In this document: positions 1 through 5,430 of the stretch, piece by piece
Position numbering within the stretch: position 1 is the stretch's first letter
Layout of the letters: every line of letters starts with the position of its first letter
From: Okeania sp.
Lineage (GTDB): Bacteria; Cyanobacteriota; Cyanobacteriia; Cyanobacteriales; Microcoleaceae
Length of the DNA stretch: 7,799 nt
Direction: 5' to 3'
Assembly: GCF_035285525.1 (NCBI RefSeq)
Contig: NZ_JAYKGW010000064.1
Location: forward strand, 1 to 7,799
Made by a program: the position numbers and the translations under genes
The notes under the pieces: generated by a model
What the model was told of the DNA's origin: nothing
What the model saw: the letters and a program-made list of their open reading frames with translations, nothing else
The model's database searches: none

Positions 1-300
1 ATAGTGTAAGTTAAGTTGAGGAACCAAAGCCAAAATTAATTTTTCATAGTTAAATTAATAGTGTAAGTTAAGTTGAGGAACCAAAGCCAACATTAATTTT
101 TCATAGTTAAATTAATAGTGTAAGTTAAGTTGAGGAACCAAAGCCAACATTAATTTTTCATAGTTAAATTAATAGTGTAAGTTAAGTTGAGGAACCAAAG
201 CCAAAATTAATTTTTCATAGTTAAATTAATAGTGTAAGTTAAGTTGAGGAACCAAAGCCAACATTAATTTTTCATAGTTAAATTAATAGTAGTTCAGTCG
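1..300. repeat. 57-bp tandem direct repeat with 5 full units (1-57, 58-114, 115-171, 172-228, 229-285) and a degenerate partial sixth (286-300). The array is open at the window edge.
   Basis: Direct reading: the unit is atagtgtaagttaagttgaggaaccaaagccaaMattaatttttcatagttaaattaa. Units are identical except for one A/C position (34, 91, 148, 205, 262 = A, C, C, A, C). All six frames of the unit contain stop codons, so it is non-coding. There are no unique spacers. Confidence 0.95.
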
Positions 301-301
301 T

Positions 302-416
302 AATTTATTAGAGTGCGTTTTCGGCGCTTGAGCCGACATAAAAAACAGACCGTAACACACCGAAATATTTGAGGGAAACGGTACGTTAAATTATCATTAA
401 TACACTCTACTAAATT
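302..416. repeat. About 115-bp element bracketed by an imperfect 14-bp inverted repeat; MITE-like or a structured RNA
   Basis: aatttattagagtg (302-315) matches the reverse complement of cactctactaaatt (403-416) at 13/14 positions. Inside is the hairpin tcggc-gcttga-gccga (321-336), followed by an A-run. Confidence 0.35.
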
Positions 417-434
417 GACAGTTTGTTTATTGTT

Positions 435-459
435 GTTGGGTTTCGTGCCTCAACCCAAC
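435..459. repeat. Hairpin gttgggtt-N9-aacccaac, resembling a common cyanobacterial small dispersed repeat
   Basis: There is a perfect 8-bp stem (435-442 / 452-459) with a 9-nt loop. The motif gttgggtttcgtgcctcaacccaacctac is one I recall as widely dispersed in cyanobacterial intergenic DNA. Confidence 0.55.
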
Positions 460-510
460 CTACGTTTATTGTGCAATTAATATCATACATTAATTAGGGA
501 AATTTTCAAA

Positions 511-1455
511 ATGGCAACAACTACTTTAGGTAAAACAGACATAACTGTTAATCCAATTTGTATTGGTACTTGGTCTTGGGGCGATACACTTTTTTGGAAT
601 TATGGCAGTAACTATGGAAAAAATGAAGTAGAAAATGCTTTTAAAACTTCCTTAGAAGCTGGCATAAATTTCTTTGATACTGCCGAAGTTTATGGTAATG
701 GTTTATCAGAAGAATTGCTCGGCAAATTTATGCAAGAAACTGAACAACCTGTGCAAATTGCTACTAAATATGGTCCTGTACCTTGGCGGTTTTTTCCAGA
801 GTCCGTTGCTGATGCTGTAACTGCTAGTTTAAAAAGATTAATGGTGCCAAAAGTTACTCTTTATCAAGTACATTGGCCGTTCACTTTTTTTATGAGTCAG
901 GAAACTTTATTAAATGCTTTAGCAGATGAAGTGAAACAGGGTAGAATTGCAGCGATTGGTGTTAGTAATTATTCTGCCGATGAGATGGTTCAAGCTTCAG
1001 AAATTCTAGAAAAACGAGGAGTAATATTAGCAACAAATCAAGTCAGATATTCTTTGCTTTCTCGTCAAATAGAAACTAAAGGAATTTTGCAGAAAGCTAG
1101 AGAATTAGGTGTAACAATTTTAGCTTATAGTCCTTTAGCTCAAGGATTATTAACAGGCAAATATACTGTCGAAAATCAACCTATAGGTGCTCGTAAATTT
1201 GATTCTCGTTTTCAAAAGATTGGTTTAGAAAAAATTGCTCCTGTCATATCTTTGTTAACAGAAATTGGCGAAAAATATGACAAAACTGTGGCACAAGTTG
1301 CACTTAATTGGTTGGTTTTTCAAGATAGTGTAATTCCCATTGCTGGTTGTAAAAATGCCGAACAAGTTCGACAAAATGCTGGGGCGATAGATTGGGAAAT
1401 GACTCAAGAGGAATTTGATAGATTAGAGGAAATTACTCGTCCTTGGTTAAGTTGA
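511..1455 (+). CDS. Aldo/keto reductase family oxidoreductase (314 aa)
   Basis: The ORF has an ATG start. The AKR catalytic tetrad sits in its usual contexts: D56 and Y61 in FFDTAEVYG, K86 in IATKYG, H121 in YQVHWP. The C-terminal IPIAGCKN...Q segment is typical of the cofactor-binding end of AKRs. Confidence 0.93.
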   Translation: MATTTLGKTDITVNPICIGTWSWGDTLFWNYGSNYGKNEVENAFKTSLEAGINFFDTAEVYGNGLSEELLGKFMQETEQPVQIATKYGPVPWRFFPESVADAVTASLKRLMVPKVTLYQVHWPFTFFMSQETLLNALADEVKQGRIAAIGVSNYSADEMVQASEILEKRGVILATNQVRYSLLSRQIETKGILQKARELGVTILAYSPLAQGLLTGKYTVENQPIGARKFDSRFQKIGLEKIAPVISLLTEIGEKYDKTVAQVALNWLVFQDSVIPIAGCKNAEQVRQNAGAIDWEMTQEEFDRLEEITRPWLS

Positions 1456-1472
1456 TTGAATCCCCCTAAATC

Positions 1473-1494
1473 CCCCTTTGAAAAGGGGACTTTG
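1473..1494 (+). terminator. Candidate intrinsic terminator of the aldo/keto reductase gene
   Basis: The hairpin cccctt-tgaa-aagggg (1473-1488) lies 18 nt after the stop codon and is followed by acttt. The U-tract is short, so this call is weak. The stronger hairpin at 1535-1553 has no T-run after it. Confidence 0.3.
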
Positions 1495-1569
1495 AGTTGA
1501 ATCCCACTTTTCCCAGGGGAACTTTTTCTTGACTCCCCCCTTTCAAAGGGGGGCAGGGGGATTCTGAGC

Positions 1570-1577
1570 GCGATCGC
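1570..1577. repeat. HIP1 octamer GCGATCGC
   Basis: Exact match to the highly iterated palindrome typical of cyanobacterial genomes. Confidence 0.9.
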
Positions 1578-1658
1578 AATGTCTAAAATCCCCCTGAATT
1601 TCCCTTGGAAAGGCAGACTTTAAGTGTTGGTGGGTATTTTCTTTAGTGCTTTCTTTGA

Positions 1659-1877
1659 AGTGAAATTAATAGAAACCTTATTATCAGCACTGATACCAAA
1701 TTCAAAAGTAAGATTGTTTGGCAAGAAACCTTAAAGGAAACTATTCTTAATTTGCTCGAAAATAAGGAAGATGAAATTATTGTATCTGAAGCGATGAAGG
1801 AATTAAAAAATGCTGGTGGCAATCCCCAAAAAACCAAATGGTTAGACTGGAATCCAGTTAAAAATGAATGGGATTAA
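1659..1877 (+). pseudogene. 5'-truncated copy of a small antitoxin-like ORF, paralogous to 3457-3639
   Basis: My own translation of the frame that is open from the TGA at 1656-1658 gives SEINRNLIISTDTKFKSKIVWQETLKETILNLLENKEDEIIVSEAMKELKNAGGNPQKTKWLDWNPVKNEWD*. The only in-frame ATG is at 1794, and the repeat cluster 1458-1640 abuts the 5' side. Positions 1779-1890 align without gaps to 3547-3658 at 102/112 identities. Confidence 0.5.
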
Positions 1878-1910
1878 AGAAACCCGGTTTATTCAAGAAA
1901 CCGGGTTTCT
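1878..1910. terminator. Perfect 13-bp-stem hairpin made of two copies of the palindromic agaaacccggtttct repeat; possible bidirectional terminator for the convergent genes
   Basis: agaaacccggttt (1878-1890) and aaaccgggtttct (1898-1910) are exact reverse complements separated by the 7-nt loop attcaag. The hairpin starts 1 nt after the TAA at 1875-1877 and lies about 155 nt past the stop of the minus-strand gene. No clear U-tract is present. Confidence 0.45.
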
Positions 1911-1960
1911 AGCTTCGTTAGTTGAGTAGTGGACTATTTCATCTAAAACAGTCCATTAGT

Positions 1961-2027
1961 TTTTAACTTGAAAATTCTTAATGCATGAATTCAATAGCTT
2001 TTAACTGGAAAATTCTTAATCCATGAC
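1961..2027. repeat. Imperfect direct repeat of about 28 bp, in two copies
   Basis: ttttaacttgaaaattcttaatgcatga (1961-1988) resembles ttttaactggaaaattcttaatccatga (1999-2027, one extra base). The repeats lie in the 3' flank of the minus-strand nuclease gene. A small inverted repeat ggact...agtcc is at 1931-1954. Confidence 0.7.
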
Positions 2028-2065
2028 TTTTTAATTTTGACTTTTGAATTTAATCTAAAGAAAAA

Positions 2066-3139
2066 CTATATCAGTTCAATCAGCTCTAAAAATTCATCTA
2101 CAACTTTCCTGGGATTATTGTAACAAACTTCTGAATCAAAACGAAAAACTCTGATACCATTCCTTTCAAAATCTCTTTCTTTTTGTTGTTCTTCTACTCG
2201 TATTTCAGGTCCATGATAGACACCATCTACTTGGATAATTGCATATTTCTTACGATGAAAAACTAAGAAATCTGCCTGTTGATTTTCACGCCCTTTTTTA
2301 GTTGTAAGTCGAACAGCACTTTTAGGTAAAAAAAGTAAGCCTCTTCTATCAAGTTCTTCTGCTATTTTAACTTCTGAGTGGGAACGAAATTTAATATTTT
2401 TCCATTGAATTACATCTTCTGCAAATCTAGAGTTATTTAATGATTTTGAGATGTTATTTGAGATGTTATTTGAGATATTAATTATATCTAAGTTTGGGAC
2501 ATCGAGGTTTTGAATATCAAATATTCCTTTGCTTTTTGTGTAATCACAAAGAACTCTCCAACAATGTAATAATTCACCTCTATTAAAAGAATTACTGCTT
2601 TCTATATCATGTAATTCATCATAATTTTGATAGGAGTATTCTGGATACGGATTTAAAAATGTTTTGGCTTCAGGTACAAAAAATTCATCATACATCAAAT
2701 TTTTGGTAAACCACCAATCATTATCCATTACTAAGTAAACACTCTCCATAAAAGAAGACAAATTTTTTCTTAGCTCTACTGGTATTTTCTCTATTGTATC
2801 TTCTATTAGATTTACATTTGAGTTTCTTTGATGGTCAAAGGGGTTAAAAATGTCAAATATTCCTTTGGTTTTTGTGTAATTACAAAGAACTCTCCAACTA
2901 TATAATAACTTACCTCTATTCCACCAATTTTTACTTTCTAAATTAAATAATTTTTCATAAAATAATTCATCATATAATTTTGCTTCATTATAGTCATACA
3001 TTGGAAATGGTTGTAAAAAAGTACCTTTAATTTCTTTGGCTTTCCTTTTTGTGTTCTCCCAGTCAATCTCAAACACGAAATAAAAATATTTCATAAATTC
3101 AGACAAATTTGTTTTTAAATCTTTTGGTATTTCAACCAT
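2066..3139 (-). CDS. Hypothetical protein (357 aa) with a tandemly duplicated N-terminal module of unknown family, an NIS-repeat linker and a C-terminal DUF559/Vsr-like PD-(D/E)xK endonuclease-fold domain
   Basis: The ATG at 3139 is preceded by AAGGAG (plus-strand ctcctt, 3147-3152) with a 7-nt spacer. Module copy 1 (aa 4-97) and copy 2 (aa 119-209) share IP..L..NLS.FM...Y.V...DW..TK and NRG.LL..WRVLC.YTK.KGIFDI. The C-terminal part (about aa 246-357) is FRSHSEVKIAEELDRRGLLF...ADFLVF...IIQVDGVYHG...ERDFERNGIRVFRFDSEV. This follows the S..E..L..G, DF, E.DG.H, R...G..V.RF..EV pattern I recognise from DUF559/Vsr-like nucleases. Confidence 0.85.
   Translation of the reverse strand: MVEIPKDLKTNLSEFMKYFYFVFEIDWENTKRKAKEIKGTFLQPFPMYDYNEAKLYDELFYEKLFNLESKNWWNRGKLLYSWRVLCNYTKTKGIFDIFNPFDHQRNSNVNLIEDTIEKIPVELRKNLSSFMESVYLVMDNDWWFTKNLMYDEFFVPEAKTFLNPYPEYSYQNYDELHDIESSNSFNRGELLHCWRVLCDYTKSKGIFDIQNLDVPNLDIINISNNISNNISKSLNNSRFAEDVIQWKNIKFRSHSEVKIAEELDRRGLLFLPKSAVRLTTKKGRENQQADFLVFHRKKYAIIQVDGVYHGPEIRVEEQQKERDFERNGIRVFRFDSEVCYNNPRKVVDEFLELIELI
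2448..2483 (-). repeat. In-frame 12-bp microsatellite (gagatgttattt x2 plus a degenerate third unit) encoding the NISNNISNNIS linker
   Basis: Units are 2448-2459 and 2460-2471 (identical) and 2472-2483 (gagatattaatt). They map to aa 221-231, between the duplicated modules and the nuclease domain. Confidence 0.85.
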
Positions 3140-3206
3140 ACTAATTCTCCTTATTTACCATCATCCCAGTTGTGAAAGCTTTGCCTTCTAGACTTCGTCC
3201 ATTTAG

Positions 3207-3235
3207 ATATTAGACTTGTCGCTTTATAACTCCAA
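3207..3235 (-). promoter_or_regulatory. Candidate sigma70-type promoter of the nuclease gene
   Basis: On the minus strand, TTGGAG (3230-3235) is followed by an exactly 17-nt spacer and then TAATAT (3207-3212). This would give a 5' UTR of roughly 60 nt. Confidence 0.3.
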
Positions 3236-3277
3236 AAAAACTGGCACACCCTGGTTATATAAGGATTTTAGCTTTTG

Positions 3278-3325
3278 AACTGCTCAACCCTCTAGAATGA
3301 CTGCTATGTCTTAGTTTGAGCAGTT
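3278..3325. other. Perfect 10-bp inverted repeat in the divergent intergenic region
   Basis: aactgctcaa (3278-3287) and ttgagcagtt (3316-3325) are exact reverse complements with a 28-nt loop. They are nested inside a second 8-bp inverted repeat, ttgtcgct (3215-3222) / agcgacaa (3340-3347). Confidence 0.6.
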
Positions 3326-3456
3326 TTATCCACCTATTTAGCGACAACTCTATTATACCAAATCTGCTTTACTAAGGAAAAACTCAGTTGACTTACAAAT
3401 AGCACTATAATTGAGAAAAAGCATTTTAAAAAAAAGATGGTAATACCATTACCGAT

Positions 3457-3639
3457 TTGCCAGCAACCTTAAAATTTGTGAGATTTTTGGTGGATTCTCA
3501 AGGCAATAAAACAGCAGTACAATTGAGTATTACTGACTGGGAGACGATTGTATCTGAAGCAATGAAGGAATTAAAAAATCCTGGTGGCAACCCCCAAAAA
3601 GCAAAATGGTTAGACTCGGATGCGGTTAAAAATGAATGA
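3457..3639 (+). CDS. Small antitoxin-like protein (60 aa from the TTG start); possibly decayed, start uncertain
   Basis: The start codon in the track is TTG (3457). An in-frame GTG at 3478 would give MRFLVDSQGNKTAVQLSITDWE..., which looks like the N-terminus of Phd/YefM- or RelB-style antitoxins. No in-frame ATG exists and no clear SD is present. Relative to copy 1659-1877 it lacks a 16-codon segment (LKETILNLLENKEDEI). No toxin partner ORF lies downstream. Confidence 0.45.
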   Translation: MPATLKFVRFLVDSQGNKTAVQLSITDWETIVSEAMKELKNPGGNPQKAKWLDSDAVKNE

Positions 3640-3710
3640 GATTAAAGAAACCCGGTTTCTGGGTTCAGAGTGCGGTTAAAAATGAATGAGATTAAAGAAA
3701 CCCGGTTTCT
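3621..3710. repeat. Perfect 40-bp direct duplication (period 50 bp) of the small ORF 3' end plus the palindromic repeat
   Basis: tgcggttaaaaatgaatgagattaaagaaacccggtttct occurs at 3621-3660 and again at 3671-3710 with no mismatch. Confidence 0.95.
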
Positions 3711-3728
3711 TTAAGAAACCGGGTTTCT
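3696..3728. terminator. Second perfect 13-bp-stem hairpin of the agaaacccggtttct family
   Basis: agaaacccggttt (3696-3708) pairs with aaaccgggtttct (3716-3728) across a 7-nt loop. The architecture is the same as at 1878-1910. It lies between the convergent small ORF and the DUF1501 gene. Confidence 0.45.
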
Positions 3729-3831
3729 GGGTTCGTTATAATAAACCTATACCCCGATCAAAAAGAAACCGGGTTTCTGGGTTCGTTAGAGTTTCTAGCT
3801 TCGTTACAATAAACCTATACCCCCATCAAAA
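3715..3831. repeat. Nested tandem repeats of agaaaccgggtttctgggttcgtta, including a duplicated copy of the DUF1501 3' end
   Basis: Unit A is 3715-3764. Unit B (3765-3831) equals unit A plus an extra gagtttctagcttcgtta. Positions 3733-3763 match 3801-3831 at 29/31, so the last 8 codons plus stop of DUF1501 (FDGGIGLL*) reappear 68 bp beyond the real stop as FDRGIGLL*. Confidence 0.85.
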
Positions 3832-5030
3832 GAATAACCAGGAAACACTTGTGCTATTCGCGATCGCTCCATACCAAGATGCTGTTCTAAAACACTAGAA
3901 ATCACACTCCGAAAATCCGTCGTCACTGCCAAATCCCGTCCCTGGAACAACTCCGATTCATCCAAACCAGGCCATTCTCCATAAACCTGACCCCCACGAA
4001 CACCACCACCTAAAACCCACATTACATTACCATGACCATGATCCGTACCACCATTACCATTTTCCTTAACGGTGCGACCAAATTCTGACATTACTAAAAT
4101 CACCGTATCTGAATAAAGGGAATCCAACTCCCGAACCAAAGTAGCTAAACCGTTCCCCAGAGGTTTCAATCTTCTTGCTAAAATACCTTCACTGTTGCCT
4201 TGGTTAATGTGAGTATCCCAGTTACCCAGAGCCAGAAATCCTAACTGAGTTCTGGAGTCACCCACCATTATTTGAGCTAAATTTTTCGCATCAGCAGCAA
4301 AACCTTTTGGTGGTGGAGCGCCACCGGAAGCTTCTTCCATTTCTTTCTCCAAGTCAGCAAGTAATAAATCTCTAGCTTCACGACCTTCCTGGTAAACTGT
4401 ACTCAGTTCATCATTACCTTTGTATAAACTATCGAATGCTCCAGAAACTCTAGGACGATCTATCGGCAACCGACGAGTTGACTTTCTACCTGTCGCGAGA
4501 TTAGCAACTGGCATTTCACCCATGAGAATGCGGGGTGGTGTATCCCCTAAGTTAACTGCTTGAGTAGGTCTATCTTTAGGAAGATTTCCTAACAAACGAT
4601 TCATCCATCCATCAAGAATTTTTTTATTGCCAGGAACACCTGTTTCCATATAATATTGAGCATCAAAATGGGAGCGAGTATCATTGTTGGAACCGCAAGC
4701 GTGAACAAAAGCTAAACTGCGATTTTGCCAGAGAGGCATAATATTTGCGAGAGCGGGATGTAAACCAAATTGATTATCTAAATTTATAGCTCCGTTTGGT
4801 TCTCCAGGAGCAGGAATTGCAATTTTTGGTCGCACATCATAATAAGCGTCTTCTTGATGGGGAATAACTACACTTAATCCATCAACTGCTCCTCGGAGAA
4901 AAACCACAATTAATCTTTTACGATTATTGGTTTCAGCTAATCCTTTGGCGACCCAACCATGAGTACCAACAGAGATGATTCCGGAAGCAGCTAATAAGCT
5001 GGTTAATTGTATAAAATTACGTCTTTTCAT
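3804..5030 (-). CDS. DUF1501 domain protein (alkaline phosphatase/sulfatase-like superfamily) with a twin-arginine export signal
   Basis: The N-terminus MKRRNFIQLTSLLAASGIISVG contains an RR motif followed by a hydrophobic stretch. The motifs GNWDTHINQ and SEFGRTVKENGNGGTDHGHGN are those I recognise as DUF1501. GAGG lies 4 nt upstream of the ATG. A HIP1 site is inside the gene at 3860-3867. Confidence 0.9.
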   Translation of the reverse strand: MKRRNFIQLTSLLAASGIISVGTHGWVAKGLAETNNRKRLIVVFLRGAVDGLSVVIPHQEDAYYDVRPKIAIPAPGEPNGAINLDNQFGLHPALANIMPLWQNRSLAFVHACGSNNDTRSHFDAQYYMETGVPGNKKILDGWMNRLLGNLPKDRPTQAVNLGDTPPRILMGEMPVANLATGRKSTRRLPIDRPRVSGAFDSLYKGNDELSTVYQEGREARDLLLADLEKEMEEASGGAPPPKGFAADAKNLAQIMVGDSRTQLGFLALGNWDTHINQGNSEGILARRLKPLGNGLATLVRELDSLYSDTVILVMSEFGRTVKENGNGGTDHGHGNVMWVLGGGVRGGQVYGEWPGLDESELFQGRDLAVTTDFRSVISSVLEQHLGMERSRIAQVFPGYSFDGGIGLL

Positions 5031-5076
5031 AATACCTCAAAAGTTATAGCGCTACTTGAATCGGGAATAGGGAACA

Positions 5077-5430
5077 CAGAAGGTGGGAATAGGAAAGAAT
5101 AATTGATAATCACTATATCTGAGTCATTGCGACTGGAACCGAGTGACCTGAGATTGCTTCCCTTCGGTCGCAATGACAGAACGATTTGTTATATTCAATT
5201 CCGTTACGGTTGGAACCAAATGTCATTATTAATTGATAGTTTACCTTTCGTCCGCAATAGACATATCCAGAAAGGTGGGAACAGGAAGAAATAATTGATA
5301 ATTTATGGATAAGAATTGATTGGATATTTTATTTTTGGAGATGTCTAATGACAGAACGATTTGTTATATCGAATTCTGTTACGGTTGGAACCAAATGTCA
5401 TTATTAATTATTAATTAATAGTTGATCTTT
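5077..5430. repeat. Imperfect tandem duplication of about 180 bp, made of two shared blocks
   Basis: Block 1 is cagaaggtgggaataggaaagaataattgataat (5077-5110) versus cagaaaggtgggaacaggaagaaataattgataat (5268-5302). Block 2 is 63 bp, 5172-5234 versus 5347-5409, at 60/63 identity. Both copies continue into tagtt.a.ctttc, which resembles the sequence at the DUF1800 stop (5781-5790). Confidence 0.8.
5123..5177. repeat. 11-bp-stem hairpin resembling a cyanobacterial small dispersed repeat
   Basis: gtcattgcgac (5123-5133) and gtcgcaatgac (5167-5177) are exact reverse complements. The loop contains gagattgcttcccttcg. Translation gives the RLLPFGRNDR-type peptide that I recall from spurious ORFs over such repeats. 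Confidence 0.6.

Larger units (their letters stand above)
1458..1640. repeat. Cluster of C-tract/G-tract hairpin repeats (tcccc...gggga units) containing one HIP1 site
   Basis: Repeated units include aatccccc (1459-1466, 1469-1476), cccctttgaaaagggg (1473-1488), cccccctttcaaagggggg (1535-1553) and aatccccctgaatttccc (1588 onward). GCGATCGC lies at 1570-1577. Confidence 0.8.

Noticed and set aside
1-300. Possible CRISPR array, because of its regular period
   Set aside because: The whole 57-bp period is repeated with a single variable base. There are no unique spacers, and no cas genes in the window.
1643-1837. Track ORF of 64 aa on the minus strand
   Set aside because: It lies antisense to the better-supported plus-strand reading frame that is homologous to 3457-3639. 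Its product is low-complexity and hydrophobic with no recognisable motif, so it is most likely a shadow ORF.
3388-3411. TTGACT (3388-3393) plus TATAAT (3406-3411), considered as a promoter for the small ORF
   Set aside because: The hexamers are good but the spacer is only 12 nt, which is incompatible with a standard sigma70 promoter. The TATAAT alone might still act as a -10.
1911-3456. Calling the nuclease cassette a mobile element
   Set aside because: No transposase, integrase or recombinase ORF is present, and no terminal inverted repeats or short target-site duplications are visible. Only composition and the bracketing paralogous repeats suggest mobility, so it is reported as a finding rather than annotated as a mobile element.
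3686-3898. Track ORF of 70 aa on the plus strand (KKPGFFKKPGFW...)
   Set aside because: It reads straight through the agaaaccgggtttct repeat units and overlaps the 3' end of the DUF1501 gene on the opposite strand. Its peptide repeats are simply translated DNA repeats.
5103-5294. Track ORF of 63 aa on the plus strand
   Set aside because: It is composed entirely of hairpin and duplicated spacer repeats (the RLLPFGRNDR-type peptide) and has no SD. I treat it as spurious.
5172-5409. Two 63-bp repeats ending in ggttggaac...-like sequence, considered as CRISPR repeats
   Set aside because: There are only two copies, separated by 112 nt, and the flanking blocks are duplicated too. This is a segmental duplication, not a repeat-spacer array.
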